Shown: piece by piece, positions 1-10,955 of the stretch
Position numbering within the stretch: the stretch's first letter is position 1
Layout: each line of letters opens with the position of its first letter
Assembly (NCBI GenBank): GCA_027339965.1
Contig: DAHWNL010000034.1
Span: forward strand, 59,551 to 123,550
Reading direction: 5' to 3'
DNA: 64,000 nt
From: Granulicella sp.
GTDB lineage: Bacteria > Acidobacteriota > Terriglobia > Terriglobales > Acidobacteriaceae
Position numbers and translations under genes: made by a program
The notes under the pieces: generated by a model
The model's database searches: none
What the model saw: only the letters and a program-made list of their open reading frames with translations
What the model was told of the DNA's origin: nothing

Positions 1-114
1 ATTCCAGTGCCCGCACTGTATGGACCGTCAGCGGATGAGCAGTGGGAAATGCGGAAATAAGCGAAATGGAAGTGGGTGCCTCCCAGAGCTTCGGCCGGAG
101 CGCAAAGACCGCAG

Positions 115-1983
115 CTAGCCTGCCTTCTCGCTCAGCTCCGCCCAACGCTGGTAGATTGCGTCGTGTTCGGCCCGAGCAGCGTTCATCTCTGCCAGCGCCT
201 CGGTGAGCGCAACCGGGTTTGTGACGACGGCCGGATCTTCCAGCCTCTTGCTCGCTGCTGAGAGCCGGTGGTCTGCCTTGTCAACGCGCTCCTCCATACC
301 GTCGAACTCCCGCTGCTCCAGATAGGAGAGTTTCTTGCGGCTCGGCGCAGACGAGGAGGCCGACGCTGCGGCGGTGTTCAATGGCAGCTCCGTGCCCTGC
401 TGCGCAGGCTCGGCGTCCGCGCCGCCAGATTCTTCCTCCCTCCACTGTTCCCATTGCCTGTAGTCGGCAAAGATCCGCGCCTGGCCGCGTCCATCCAGTC
501 CCAGCACGATGTTGGAGACGCGATCCAGCAGATAACGGTCATGCGTCACCAGCACCAAAGCCCCCTTGAACTCAAGCAGTGCCTCCTCCAGAATCTCCAG
601 CGTGGGTATATCCAGGTCGTTGGTCGGCTCGTCGAGCATGAGGACATCGGCTGGCTGCAGCATCAGCCGCGCGATCAGCACCCGGCCACGCTCACCGCCG
701 CTCAACCGTTCCACAGGCTGGTTCAATTGGTCGCCAGTGAACAGAAACCTGGCCGCATAACTGGCTACATGGACCACACGGTCCTGGTAGACCACTGCAT
801 CGGAGTCCGGAGCTAATGCCCTCCGCAGAGTGAGTGAGGGGTCAATCTCGCGCATCTGTGAAAAGTAGACCGTGCGCAGACCCTGGGCACGCTTGATCTC
901 GCCGCCCGCAATCGGGATTTCTCCGGAGATAGCGCGCAGGATGGTCGTCTTGCCGCTGCCATTGGGGCCTACCAAGCCGAGCTTCATGCCGTTGGTCACG
1001 CTAAAGCTGACTGCGCGCACAATCTCCCGCCCGCCCAGAGCGATACTCACGTCGTTCAGGGCGATCAACCTCCGGGTCTGACGGTCGGTTGCTGCGAACT
1101 CGATTCCCGCGGTTGCTGTGCGGGTGCGGGCGTCCACGTCAGCGAGCTTGCCGATCAGCTCCTGGGCGTTGTCGATGCGCGCCTTGGCTTTGGTGGCCCG
1201 CGCTTTGGGCCCGCGCCGCAGCCACTCAATCTCTGTTTTGACGCTATTGCGCAGGCTCTCCTGCATCCTGCTCTGGGCCTCCTGGTACTGCTCGCGCCCC
1301 TCCAGAAACCTGGAGTAGCTGCCACGCACCCGCAGAATGCCCTCAGCATAAAGCCGATTCAACTCCACGACCTCGCTGGCTACGTTCTCCAGGAAGTAGC
1401 GGTCATGCGAAACCACCACGCAGGCAAAACGGGCTGTCCGAAGCACGCCCTCCAACCACTCAATTCCTTCCAGGTCTAGGTGGTTGGTCGGCTCGTCGAG
1501 CAACAAGACATCGGGGTCAGTCACCATGGCCTCGGCGATGGCCAAACGCTTGCGCCAACCGCCGGAGAGGCTAGCTGCTGCGGTGTCCATGTGATTGGCT
1601 GTGGCCGCGCCCTGATCCGCAAAGCCGGCGCGTCCCAGCGTCTCGCGTAACCGTCCCTCCATCTCTTCACTTCCGAAGCTGGAGTAGGCCGAGTTCTCCG
1701 CACCCCGCAGGGCGGATTCCAAAACACCGCGCACCGTAAGTCCAGCGGCGAACTCGGAGATCTGGCGAACGTAGCCAACCCGGGCTCGACGGCGCACAGA
1801 AACCTCTCCGCGATCCGGCTCGACTTCACCGGCAAGCACCGCCAGCAGCGTAGACTTCCCAGCCCCGTTCGGGCCGATGAGGCCAATGCGGTCGCCTTCA
1901 TTTACGGCAAAGCAGATGTCTTCAAACAGGGGTGTCGCCCCAAAGCGTTTCGAGACGCCTTGAGCATTCAGAATCGGCGGCAT
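115..1983 (-). CDS. ABC-F family ATP-binding protein (Uup-like)
   Basis: Two ABC domains (GPNGAGKS/LSGGW/LLDEPTNHLD and GPNGSGKT/LSGGE/DEPTNDLD), no TM segments, C-terminal KKLSY.EQRE coiled tail typical of Uup. Confidence 0.9.
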   Translation of the reverse strand: MPPILNAQGVSKRFGATPLFEDICFAVNEGDRIGLIGPNGAGKSTLLAVLAGEVEPDRGEVSVRRRARVGYVRQISEFAAGLTVRGVLESALRGAENSAYSSFGSEEMEGRLRETLGRAGFADQGAATANHMDTAAASLSGGWRKRLAIAEAMVTDPDVLLLDEPTNHLDLEGIEWLEGVLRTARFACVVVSHDRYFLENVASEVVELNRLYAEGILRVRGSYSRFLEGREQYQEAQSRMQESLRNSVKTEIEWLRRGPKARATKAKARIDNAQELIGKLADVDARTRTATAGIEFAATDRQTRRLIALNDVSIALGGREIVRAVSFSVTNGMKLGLVGPNGSGKTTILRAISGEIPIAGGEIKRAQGLRTVYFSQMREIDPSLTLRRALAPDSDAVVYQDRVVHVASYAARFLFTGDQLNQPVERLSGGERGRVLIARLMLQPADVLMLDEPTNDLDIPTLEILEEALLEFKGALVLVTHDRYLLDRVSNIVLGLDGRGQARIFADYRQWEQWREEESGGADAEPAQQGTELPLNTAAASASSSAPSRKKLSYLEQREFDGMEERVDKADHRLSAASKRLEDPAVVTNPVALTEALAEMNAARAEHDAIYQRWAELSEKAG

Positions 1984-2060
1984 GGCTTCAGTTTACCGGT
2001 TCTGCCGGCGGGGCACTGCATAGCGGCTGATCGCCAGCAACGGAGGAAGCGGCGGAAGCT

Positions 2061-2369
2061 CTACTCCAGATCGAAGTCACGCAGCGGCTTGCCCGTCAGC
2101 GGCGACTCCTTGGCCTTCTTCACCGCCTCAGCAAACTTCTTCGCCATCACGTCTTCTTTGTTTTTTTCCGCCTGAACGGATTGGGCAAAGATCGACTCAC
2201 GTCGTGCGTCCTGCTCCTTGAGCGCCCGGGCCGCTGCGCTCAGGTCCTCGAAGGTCTTCTTGCGCGGCGCCGGCGTGTGCGCGATCACCGTACGGCTGAT
2301 CGGGTCTACCTTCAATATTCCACCACAATCCGGGCACATCACCTCAAATGGCTCATCGCTCAATCCCAT
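2061..2369 (-). CDS. Small hypothetical protein with N-terminal CxxC (Zn-ribbon-like) and helical tail
   Basis: CPDCGG motif; ATG 2369 preceded by GAGG and a TACAAT -10-like hexamer (2391-2396, minus strand). Confidence 0.7.
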   Translation of the reverse strand: MGLSDEPFEVMCPDCGGILKVDPISRTVIAHTPAPRKKTFEDLSAAARALKEQDARRESIFAQSVQAEKNKEDVMAKKFAEAVKKAKESPLTGKPLRDFDLE

Positions 2370-2415
2370 GACACACAACCTCAGCTAACGATTGTACGGC
2401 GGCGGAACATACCTG

Positions 2416-2628
2416 TTAGGAGAAGCGAGGAGTATCGCGCAGCGCCCAGATGAGGGCCACCACCCAGCCAATCAGGGTCCAGCCAAAGAACAGGTTAACC
2501 AGAAAGATCCACCAGAAGTTGTTCGCGTGGCGGGAGCCAGCGACGAAGGTGGGCAAAAAGTGGATCAAAATCACCACGGCGCCCATCAGGACTAAAAGAA
2601 GAAGCGGTAATCCCAAAATATAAGCCAT
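2416..2628 (-). CDS. Superinfection immunity family (T4 Imm-like) small membrane protein
   Basis: 70 aa, hydrophobic; FLPTFVA..RH..N..WIFLVNLFFGWTLIGWVVALIWA matches the Imm family pattern. Confidence 0.8.
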   Translation of the reverse strand: MAYILGLPLLLLVLMGAVVILIHFLPTFVAGSRHANNFWWIFLVNLFFGWTLIGWVVALIWALRDTPRFS

Positions 2629-2670
2629 GCCTTGCAGTATGCCTCTGAACGCACTCTGTGTACATGGAAA

Positions 2671-4332
2671 TCAAAGAGAAAGCACCAGGTGCTCCGCCCG
2701 CTCGACGGACGCATGTTGGATCAGCTGTGCGGCCAGATCCTCGTCGTGGCGGGCCAGAAACCAGATTCCTCCCAGCACTCTTTCCTGCAGATGTCCCTCC
2801 GGGAACAGGTTCAGCATGATGGCCGACGCATGCCTGTTCAGGGAAGATTCTTTGTGCACCTCAAAGTTCGCCGCCATGCGGCGCAGGCGATTCATCTGGT
2901 AACGCATCTTGCTGGCTGAAACCCCTGCGGCGCGGCCCAGCTCCGCGCTGAGCGAAGCCATGTAAGCAGTGAGCGCTGCCAGCTCAGCTTCCAGGGTGTT
3001 CCCAACCGCTGCAAGTTTCCGTTTGCCTTCGATCGGCATGGCGCGGGCGCCCATCTTCTGTGCCAGGGCTGCCGCCGTCTTCGCCTCCAGCACATCGGAA
3101 AACCGCAACTCGTGGGCGGCCAGCGTGTTCGCAATGGCAGGCTCAACCAGCGTAGCCATCATTCGCGGCAGCACCGGTGTCACCCGGCCCAGAATCTGGC
3201 GGTATAACACCTCAGCTTGAGCGAAGTACGCCACTTCCGCTGGTCCCCCCACGTACGCCGCCGTAGGCAGAATCGCATCCTGGAACACCGGGCGCAGCAG
3301 GGCGTTCGGGCTCAGACGCTCCGGCTCCGTCGCCAGAACTTCAAGCAGATCCGCCGTTGTATACGCCTTTGCTCCCGCCTTCCACCCACCCTGCGCCAAA
3401 CGGAGCAAAGGCCGCCTGGCGCCGCTCTCGTGATCCAGTAGAAAGAGCAGCGAATGGTCTGCGGTGACCAGTACCTGAGCGTGATATCCGTGCTCTTCCA
3501 ACTCCAGCGAACGCTGTAAAAGCAACTCCCTCATCTCGTCGGAGCGCTCCAGGGCGGCCCGGAGCACACCTGCGCCCATAGCGTGGAAGGCGCGTGAGCC
3601 GGCATCCATCACCACCAGCCCGTGTGCGGCAAAGATCTTGCTGAGCAGCTTGCCGAAGGCAGATGCCATCGTCGCTCCCGGCGCATAACACTCGCGCAGC
3701 AGATCGCAGATGGGCGACCAGCCCAGCAGAGCGCAGGCGCGATCCAGCGTCACCTCAAGGCTCTCCTTGCTCGCTCCGCCTCCATCACCCAACCGCAGCC
3801 CCCCTACAGGAAGCGGACGGCTGACCTGGAGACCCAGACGTAAAGTTTCCACCGTTGCCTGTCCCCCGGTCTTCGACAGCAGCGCCACCTGATCGGCCTC
3901 GGCTAGGTCGTGATCCTCACTAGCCATCCAAAAGATGGGCACATGCATCCGGCCGCTGGCCGCAGTGGCGTCTTGCGCCTTGCGAATGGCCGTGGCAGCC
4001 TTCAGCAGGGTCAACAATGGGCCGCCAAAGAGTGAAACTTGCTGGCCGGTCACCACGACGGCTGCGCCGTCACGCAGACTCGCGATGTTGGCCAGCGCCG
4101 CCGGACCCGCGGCCATCTGCTTGGCCTGTTCCGCCAGCGCACTCGCCAGTTCTACCCTTCGTTCTGCTTCCAGCCGGGGGGACGATCTCGCCCACCCCAG
4201 AGAGAACGGATCTGCCGGATACCAGCGCCGCACTCCTGTCCGGTCCGGAAAAGCAGCCATCTCCGTGAAGTTGCGAAACAGCGCCGTTGTTCCGGGTAAG
4301 GTCGAAAGGGGGTAGCTCTCTATTTCTTCCAT
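2671..4332 (-). CDS. bshC: Bacillithiol biosynthesis cysteine-adding enzyme BshC
   Basis: VVTGQQ.LFGGP, FWMASEDHD, SPNALLRP..QD..LPT.AYVGGPAE.AY, LQER motifs. Confidence 0.9.
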   Translation of the reverse strand: MEEIESYPLSTLPGTTALFRNFTEMAAFPDRTGVRRWYPADPFSLGWARSSPRLEAERRVELASALAEQAKQMAAGPAALANIASLRDGAAVVVTGQQVSLFGGPLLTLLKAATAIRKAQDATAASGRMHVPIFWMASEDHDLAEADQVALLSKTGGQATVETLRLGLQVSRPLPVGGLRLGDGGGASKESLEVTLDRACALLGWSPICDLLRECYAPGATMASAFGKLLSKIFAAHGLVVMDAGSRAFHAMGAGVLRAALERSDEMRELLLQRSLELEEHGYHAQVLVTADHSLLFLLDHESGARRPLLRLAQGGWKAGAKAYTTADLLEVLATEPERLSPNALLRPVFQDAILPTAAYVGGPAEVAYFAQAEVLYRQILGRVTPVLPRMMATLVEPAIANTLAAHELRFSDVLEAKTAAALAQKMGARAMPIEGKRKLAAVGNTLEAELAALTAYMASLSAELGRAAGVSASKMRYQMNRLRRMAANFEVHKESSLNRHASAIMLNLFPEGHLQERVLGGIWFLARHDEDLAAQLIQHASVERAEHLVLSL

Positions 4333-4547
4333 GCAGGCTCTGTTCTGTCTCTCACCCTGAGACTCTTTGGATGTCGCCGCCGGCCGACCGATGCACAGAA
4401 TTCAGGACCGGAGCCTTTAACAGAGTAAAAGCCTCCCGCTTCAGCGATGTGGAAGACAACTCCGGCCCCAGTCTTCGGCGTGGGGCGCCCGGCAACCCGC
4501 CGGGGCCCTTGTGCAGTTTCTCCTCAGAGGTCGTGTACCTTACCCTT

Positions 4548-5264
4548 ATGGCACGCAAAACGACAAAATTATCTTCCCGTCCGCACTCCTCCGCAGCCTC
4601 TCGCCGCAGAGCCGCATCTCTCTCGCCCGAAAAAAGCAATCCATCCGCGTCCTCAAAGACACGCAAGCTCACCGGCCAGGGACGGGCCATCACCTCCACA
4701 ACCGTCTTCGCCGGCAGAACCTTCTGGGTCACCAAAGATGAGGTGATCGAGCCGGGTGGGGTCCAAGCTACCCGTGAGGTCATTCGTCATAACGGCTCTG
4801 TGGTTGTCTTGGCCGTGGACCGAGAGACCAATCCCAAAGATCCAGGCATCCTGCTGATCAGGCAGTATCGGCATGCGGCCGGCAAGTTTCTTCTTGAGCT
4901 GCCCGCCGGACGCATCGAACCAGGTGAAAAGCTGATTCCGGCCGGAAAACGCGAGCTCATCGAGGAGACCGGCTATCGCGCCCAGCGTTGGTCCCGTCAC
5001 GCCAATTACTATGCCAGCCCGGGCTTTCTTACCGAGACCATGACCATCCTGCTCGCTGAAGGCCTGACGCTGGGAAAGGCCGAACCCGAAGAGGATGAAA
5101 AGATCGAGGTCAGAATGACGCCTCTCTCCAAGGTGCTTAGAATGATCCACGCGGGCAAGATTGAGGACGGAAAGACCTTGATCGGCGTCCTGCTCTTCCT
5201 TTCCCTGCACGGCGCAAAATTCCCGGTTAGAGGCAAAACATCCGGCTCTTTCGCCAGCCGCTGA
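4548..5264 (+). CDS. Nudix hydrolase (ADP-ribose pyrophosphatase-like) with basic N-terminal extension
   Basis: Nudix box [11 protein letters not shown]....[14 protein letters not shown] and SPGF motifs; start set at ATG 4548. Confidence 0.88.
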   Translation: MARKTTKLSSRPHSSAASRRRAASLSPEKSNPSASSKTRKLTGQGRAITSTTVFAGRTFWVTKDEVIEPGGVQATREVIRHNGSVVVLAVDRETNPKDPGILLIRQYRHAAGKFLLELPAGRIEPGEKLIPAGKRELIEETGYRAQRWSRHANYYASPGFLTETMTILLAEGLTLGKAEPEEDEKIEVRMTPLSKVLRMIHAGKIEDGKTLIGVLLFLSLHGAKFPVRGKTSGSFASR

Positions 5265-5279
5265 CCGGCTTTGTACGAG

Positions 5280-5308
5280 TTGCGGTAAAGATTTCTTTTC
5301 AAGATACT
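5280..5308 (+). promoter_or_regulatory. Putative sigma70 promoter of the cold-shock gene, giving a ~165-nt 5' UTR
   Basis: TTGCGG-17 nt-GATACT; long leaders are typical of csp genes. Confidence 0.4.
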
Positions 5309-5481
5309 TACCTGCCTTTGGGTGGTCTCCTCTTGGTTTTCTCTTGGTTTCCGCGATGCGCTCGCTGCGCAGAAATTCTCGATTCCTGCGGAACTCAGAC
5401 CGCCTAATGGCCCTCGGATGCGTCTTAGTAGATAACTTCCGCCCAAGCGGTAAGGATATTTCGAGCATGGTAAGGGAACCC

Positions 5482-5697
5482 ATGGCACAGTACAAAGGCA
5501 CGGTTAAGTGGTTCAATAACGCAAAGGGCTACGGATTTTTGGGGCGCGAGGATGGCCCCGATGTCTTCGTACACTACAGTTCCATCAAGTTGGAGGGGTA
5601 TAAAACACTGAAAGAAGGCGATGAAGTGGAGTTCGATGTGATTCAGGGAACCAAGGGACCGCAGGCTGACCAGGTCGTTCGCACCAAGGCGGGTTGA
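5482..5697 (+). CDS. Cold-shock protein (CspA family)
   Basis: [14 protein letters not shown] (RNP1), DVFVHYS (RNP2), GPQA. Confidence 0.95.
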   Translation: MAQYKGTVKWFNNAKGYGFLGREDGPDVFVHYSSIKLEGYKTLKEGDEVEFDVIQGTKGPQADQVVRTKAG

Positions 5698-5965
5698 CCC
5701 ACAAATGGCTTCCACGGAAGCAGATGAAGAGGGTAAGAGCGAATCGTCTCTTCAAAGAAGCCGTGACGACTCTGCGCTCTTGCCCTCACCCTAGCTGGAT
5801 ACGCTGCCTGGATCATGGGTTTGCACCTCGGGAGAAGTTCCTCCTTCTCAAAGCCACGAGCCCAGACCACAGACGTATGTTTCCGGCCCAAGCCCATCTT
5901 ACAATCGAAGACAGCTCCCGATCCCAGCTCTGCTTCAGGGCCAAGCTCGGGATCTTCGGTTCACG

Positions 5966-7858
5966 ATGGACAATCCGACCATTGCCCGGCTGCTCGATGA
6001 GACAGCGGCGCTGCTTGAAATTGACGCCGGAGACCCCTTTCGGATCCGGTCCTACAGGCGCGCTGCTGAGGCCGTCCTGCAGCAGACCATTCAACTGGGG
6101 CCGCTCGCAGCCAAGGATGCTGATTCCAAGTCTCTTCTCTCCATCCCGGGCATCGGCAAAGGGATGGCTGCCAACATACGCGATCTCGTAGCCACCGGCT
6201 CCTTCCCGCTGCGCGAAGAGTTGCTTCGACGCTACCCAACGACAATCCTTGAACTGCTTCGGCTCCCCGGGATGGGTCCAAAGACCGTTGCCCTGGTTTA
6301 CGCTGCGCTTGGCATAACGGAGATCGATGCTTTAGAAAAGGCGGCCCGGCAAGGCGACCTGCTCTCCTTGCCCCGCATGGGTCAGAAGTTTACCGATAAG
6401 CTCCTGAAGGGTATTGAGGATTACCGCAAGAACTCCGCGCGGTTCCGCATCGACGTGGCGCGTAGCTATGCCGAACAAATCTGTGATTTCATAGCTACCG
6501 TTCCCGGCGTTGAGACGATCACCCCGGCCGGCTCCCTGCGCCGTGGCCGTGAGACGGTCGGCGATCTCGATCTCTTGGTCACGGGCCCGGCCTGCGAACC
6601 GGATGTCGTGGCCGCCGTGTCTGATCACGTCGCCTCCCTGCCTCTAATCGCAAAGCTGCTGGCGAAGGGCCCCAATAAGGTAAGCTTCAACCTGCACAAC
6701 AATCTTCAGGTGGATGTGCGGCTGCTTCCCCCTGCCAGTTACGGAGCCGCGCTACAGTACTTTACCGGATCCAAAATGCACAACGTCGCGCTTCGCCAGC
6801 GCGCGATGAAGCGTGGCCTTACTCTCAACGAGTACGCCCTCCTGCGGCTCGAAGATCATCTCGTGCTCGGCTCCCGAACCGAAGCGGAGATCTATCACGC
6901 TCTGGGCCTTGAATTCATTCCTCCCGAGCTACGCGAGAATAGTGGCGAGATTGAGGCGGCAGAAGCCCATACCCTACCCAAGCTCATCGAGCGCTCGGAG
7001 GTGCGTGGCGACCTCCATATGCACACCACCGAGTCCGATGGCCACAACTCCATTCGCGAAATGGCAGAGGCTGCGATCGAGCGTGGCCTGGAGTACATCG
7101 CCATCACCGATCACTCCAAAAATCTGGCGATGACCAACGGCATGGATGACGTTCGCACACTGGCTCATGCGGACCGTATCCGCGCCGTCTCCGCCGAACT
7201 GGCTGAAGAGTTCGCCGCAGGCCGAGGGCCGCAGTGGGCACGTTACGAGCGGCTGCTGCACGGCCATCCATCCAGCCGCCCGCTCTCTCGTCACCCGCGT
7301 GAAGCGCAGCCTCAAGAGCCCACCACTCCCTTCCGCATCCTCGCCGGCGTGGAGGTGGACATCCTCCTGGATGGAACGCTCGATCTCTCCGACCAGACGC
7401 TCTCCAGTCTGGATATCGTCGTCGCCAGCGTGCACACAGGATTTAACCAACCCACGGAAGAGATTACGGAACGAATGTTGCGGGCAGTGCAGAATCCGCA
7501 TCTGCATATCCTCGGTCATCCCACCGGAAGAAAGTTGCTGGAACGCGAGCCTTACAAGGTCCAACTTCCGCCAGTTTTAGAAGCATGCGCACGGGCCGGA
7601 GTGGCCGTTGAACATAACGCGCAGCCGGAGAGGGCCGATTTGAACGACCTCCATCTGCGTCTCGCCCTGCAGCTCGGCTGCAAAATTGCCGTGAACACCG
7701 ACGCCCACTCCACAGGTCAACTTGACCATATGGCTGGTGGTATCGTGCAGCTTCGGCGCGCCTGGCTCAAAGCTTCGGATGTCCTCAATACACTACCCGT
7801 CGAACGGCTGCTGTCCTACCTGAGCAGAACCGCCGCTGCCGCAGCTACCTCCGAGTGA
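5966..7858 (+). CDS. polX: DNA polymerase X / PHP 3'-5' exonuclease
   Basis: HhH motifs (IPGIG, LPGMG), GSLRR...GDLD and VDVR catalytic Asp residues, YFTGS, PHP motifs HMHT..SDG, TDHS, HPTG, TDAH. Confidence 0.92.
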   Translation: MDNPTIARLLDETAALLEIDAGDPFRIRSYRRAAEAVLQQTIQLGPLAAKDADSKSLLSIPGIGKGMAANIRDLVATGSFPLREELLRRYPTTILELLRLPGMGPKTVALVYAALGITEIDALEKAARQGDLLSLPRMGQKFTDKLLKGIEDYRKNSARFRIDVARSYAEQICDFIATVPGVETITPAGSLRRGRETVGDLDLLVTGPACEPDVVAAVSDHVASLPLIAKLLAKGPNKVSFNLHNNLQVDVRLLPPASYGAALQYFTGSKMHNVALRQRAMKRGLTLNEYALLRLEDHLVLGSRTEAEIYHALGLEFIPPELRENSGEIEAAEAHTLPKLIERSEVRGDLHMHTTESDGHNSIREMAEAAIERGLEYIAITDHSKNLAMTNGMDDVRTLAHADRIRAVSAELAEEFAAGRGPQWARYERLLHGHPSSRPLSRHPREAQPQEPTTPFRILAGVEVDILLDGTLDLSDQTLSSLDIVVASVHTGFNQPTEEITERMLRAVQNPHLHILGHPTGRKLLEREPYKVQLPPVLEACARAGVAVEHNAQPERADLNDLHLRLALQLGCKIAVNTDAHSTGQLDHMAGGIVQLRRAWLKASDVLNTLPVERLLSYLSRTAAAAATSE

Positions 7859-8029
7859 GACCAGCACTCCCATCAAAATGCTCGTGAAGAGTCTTCGCCA
7901 TCTCTCCGCGATCAGCTTCCATGGCAATCCCCTCCCAGGCTCACGCAGCCGCGCTTCTCCTGCCGCAAACGGTCTCCGTTCTCCGGCGCCCCATCTCGAC
8001 GCCTGAAAATTCTTTTATTCTTAGGGAGC

Positions 8030-8623
8030 ATGCACTCGCCCGAACTTCATCTTCACCCGATCGAGGACAGAGATCGGCTTCTTCCCAAACTCCTGATTGC
8101 CGCAACCCTTATGATCACGGTGAGCGCAATCGTCTATCGCCTTCATCCAAGAAGAGTCCCCAAGCTCAACGTTCAAAAGGTGCAGATCTTCGCTCCGCAC
8201 ACCGTCATGAACCCGCCCCGCAGAGCCATTCACATCCTGGGCGCTGCTCCGGAGTCCGAAGATGATGTTTATGCCCTTGCCACTTTCACCATCACCAACA
8301 CCCTGTCTCATCGCGTCTTCTTGGACAGTATCTCCTCAACCATGACCGCCGGGGATGGAGCCACCCGGCAGGCAACCATCATCGCGCCAGCGGATCTGCC
8401 TCGCCTTGAGGTTATCTTTCCGCAGATTCTTACCCTCATGAAGCCGCCGCAGCCTCCCTCGCTTGGCTTCCAGGAAGCCATCGAACCTGGCGACACACGC
8501 CTAGCGGCAGTCATGCTCCTTTTCCCGCAAACATCCCTCCAGGCTTGGCAGGCAAAAAGATCCGCTACGCTCAGCGTCTGGTTGCTTCACCAGACCGCGC
8601 CCATCTCCGCGAACTTCCGCTGA
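8030..8623 (+). CDS. Hypothetical membrane-anchored protein
   Basis: AGGGAG RBS, single N-terminal hydrophobic helix followed by a beta-rich-looking domain. Confidence 0.65.
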   Translation: MHSPELHLHPIEDRDRLLPKLLIAATLMITVSAIVYRLHPRRVPKLNVQKVQIFAPHTVMNPPRRAIHILGAAPESEDDVYALATFTITNTLSHRVFLDSISSTMTAGDGATRQATIIAPADLPRLEVIFPQILTLMKPPQPPSLGFQEAIEPGDTRLAAVMLLFPQTSLQAWQAKRSATLSVWLLHQTAPISANFR

Positions 8624-8701
8624 CCAGAACTCCCTCTTTCCAAAAGCGGGAAGGCTGCACGGAACGACCGTGCAGCCCCGGCGTCGCATGGATGTTGCTC
8701 T

Positions 8702-9571
8702 TCAGGGAACCGAGATGGGTTGCGGAGCATTCTTCGGTGTGCTCAGATAGCCCGTAACCGTCTTCTTGGTCATCTGATTGACGACGATCTCAAAGAGTTG
8801 CGGCGTCTTGCCAGAGTAAAACTGGATAGGTTCATCGATGTTACGGTCTCTCTTCTCAATATTCCGGTCGTCGGAACTGACGATCAGGGTGAACTTGGAG
8901 CGCTTCGAATCCACCTTCCTCAACCGGATCTTGATCGTGCCGACATTCTTTGCCGGCGCTCCCTTGGTCAGCGTGAACTCGTAGTAGTTGCGATCGCCCT
9001 GATGTTCCAATTCGAGCAGTTCCGAGTGGTTTTTTGCAATCAGACCGCTCATCACACCCGCATCGCCCACCACTCGCGTCAATTGTGTCTTGGTTGCAGC
9101 CAGGTCAGCCTTCGTGTTGGCCACATCGGTCTTCACACCGCCCACATCCGTCTTCACGTTGGAGACGTCGCCCTGGACGGCGCCAACCTGAGCGGCTGTC
9201 GCCCTCTGCTCACGCGCCAACCGCGCCGTCTGGATCTGGTTTCTCCGCTGCTCAGCCACTAACTCGTTCGACTTCTCCTGGAGCTGTTGCTGCGTCAAAC
9301 CGACGCTCTGCGCGAGTGCCTGCCCCTGAGCCTTCATGCGCTCGTTCGTGTCTTCAATCTTCTGCGACAGATCGGCATTCTGTTGGCTGGCAGAGGCCAG
9401 TTTGGACTCCGCCGTCGTCAAACGGCTCTGCAAAGCGATGCTCCATACCAAACCCCCAACCGCCAGCAACAATGCAACAACGGCCACTCCTGCAGGCCAC
9501 ATGGCCGGCTTCTGTGCTTCATACCCGTGCTGGGCTGTTGTTCCCTCATCCTTCTCATCCAAAAGACTCAT
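8702..9571 (-). CDS. Hypothetical membrane-anchored coiled-coil protein
   Basis: GGAGGAG RBS before ATG 9571; one TM helix, long heptad region (VKTDVGG VKTDVAN), C-terminal beta domain. Confidence 0.75.
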   Translation of the reverse strand: MSLLDEKDEGTTAQHGYEAQKPAMWPAGVAVVALLLAVGGLVWSIALQSRLTTAESKLASASQQNADLSQKIEDTNERMKAQGQALAQSVGLTQQQLQEKSNELVAEQRRNQIQTARLAREQRATAAQVGAVQGDVSNVKTDVGGVKTDVANTKADLAATKTQLTRVVGDAGVMSGLIAKNHSELLELEHQGDRNYYEFTLTKGAPAKNVGTIKIRLRKVDSKRSKFTLIVSSDDRNIEKRDRNIDEPIQFYSGKTPQLFEIVVNQMTKKTVTGYLSTPKNAPQPISVP

Positions 9572-9731
9572 CTCGTCTCCTCCCGGCATCAAGTTGGGCT
9601 TCTTGTTGCTCTACAAAGCGTTGGAAAATAAGATGCGCATCAGGCGGGAGTGTTGCCCGCTCTCATCAAGATAGATACATCGTAAATCGATGTATTCCTC
9701 TCTTCCTGGTCTTCAGCATCCTAAGGAAAGT

Positions 9732-10778
9732 ATGATTCCACCAAGTTCCCCTACCGTTTCGCGCGCTTCATGCGATGTTGTGATTCTTGGCGCCGGCCTG
9801 ATTGGCCTGGCGACTGCCCTGGAGTTGGCGAATCGCGGAGCCTCCGTCACCGTTATCGAAAGAGACCGGATGCTCGCTGCGGCATCTACCGCCGCAGCGG
9901 GAATGCTGGCCGCCGACGACCCCTGTAACCACGACAGCCTGCGCGGTCTCTCTCGGCTCAGCATTCAGCGTTATCCCGAATTCCTGCACCGAATTGAACA
10001 TCTCTCTGGACTCCCTATCCCTTTCCAAACGGAAACAACGTTGCAGTACATGGCTGGAGGCCCTGCTCTTCGACTTCAGGAGCGCTCCATCGATCCCCGC
10101 CAGCTTGCATCCTCCCTGTCGGCCGCCATTCGAGCTACTTCCATCCAGGTGGTGGAGAAGACTCGCGTCTCCGCGATCAAAGCCAAACCATCCGGTAGCG
10201 AGCTGCATCTGGAGGATGGCTCTTGCATCTCCACGGGAGCAATCCTCTTTGCTACCGGAGCCTGGACGGCTGAGACCTCGAACGCTCTCGTAGGCAAACC
10301 GCTTTCGGTATCACCTCGCAAGGGACAGATGCTGCGAGTTCGCATCTCGCCGCCGCACTCTTTCCGGGAGGTTCACCGCAGCGAGCGGATCTATATCGTT
10401 CCTCGAACCCATGGCCCCCAGGCTGGTACCGCCGTCATCGGCGCCACCGTGGAAGAGGTCGGCTTTGATACAACCGTGTGCGGACGTGATCTGGATGGGC
10501 TGCGGGCGCTGGCGGCGGCCTTACTCCCCTGGCTCGGCTCAGCGGAAGAGGCACCCATGGTGGAGTCTTGGGCAGGGCTCCGGCCGGCAACTCCGGACCT
10601 GCTGCCAATGCTCGGAGCAGGTCTTCACAGGGGACATTTCATCGCCACCGGACACTATCGAAACGGCATCCTGCTCGCTCCGGCAACCGCTGTCGTGATG
10701 GCGGATCTGATCGAAGGAAAGTCACCTGGCGTGAATTTGTCCGATTTTTCACCTCTTCGCTTCCACTCTGAACCCTGA
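9732..10778 (+). CDS. FAD-dependent oxidoreductase, glycine oxidase (ThiO/DAO) family
   Basis: GAGLIG Rossmann motif, AAAGML, WAGLRP, GHYRNGILLAP; AAGGA RBS before ATG 9732. Confidence 0.85.
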   Translation: MIPPSSPTVSRASCDVVILGAGLIGLATALELANRGASVTVIERDRMLAAASTAAAGMLAADDPCNHDSLRGLSRLSIQRYPEFLHRIEHLSGLPIPFQTETTLQYMAGGPALRLQERSIDPRQLASSLSAAIRATSIQVVEKTRVSAIKAKPSGSELHLEDGSCISTGAILFATGAWTAETSNALVGKPLSVSPRKGQMLRVRISPPHSFREVHRSERIYIVPRTHGPQAGTAVIGATVEEVGFDTTVCGRDLDGLRALAAALLPWLGSAEEAPMVESWAGLRPATPDLLPMLGAGLHRGHFIATGHYRNGILLAPATAVVMADLIEGKSPGVNLSDFSPLRFHSEP

Positions 10779-10896
10779 TCCTGCGCCTCGGGCACGGCTG
10801 GCCAGCATCTCAACTTGTTTACACCATTCCAGGAGTTCGAACAGGAGAGCAACCGGCAGAGAAGGAGAAGCCCCAACTTCCATCTTGGCTCCACAT

Positions 10897-10928
10897 AAAA
10901 GGGCTCCGGCCGGTTTCGGCTGAAGCCC
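10897..10928 (-). terminator. Intrinsic terminator downstream of korB, between convergent genes
   Basis: GGGCTCCGGCCG-GTTT-CGGCTGAAGCCC hairpin with an A4 tract on the left (U tract on minus strand). Confidence 0.55.
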
Positions 10929-10955
10929 CGTCTCTGTGCTATGCTTTGCTGCGAT

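Noticed and set aside
4287..4547. N-terminal extensions in the ORF track (Nudix; also csp, korA, glmU, ubiD, mtnP)
   Set aside because: Downstream starts have an RBS or a leaderless -10 and coincide with the start of the recognisable domain
2416..7858. Prophage remnant (Imm-like gene plus PolX)
   Set aside because: No integrase, structural or lysis genes; neighbours are ordinary chromosomal genes
9593..9731. TPP riboswitch upstream of the ThiO-like gene
   Set aside because: No TPP aptamer core visible and no other thiamine genes adjacent
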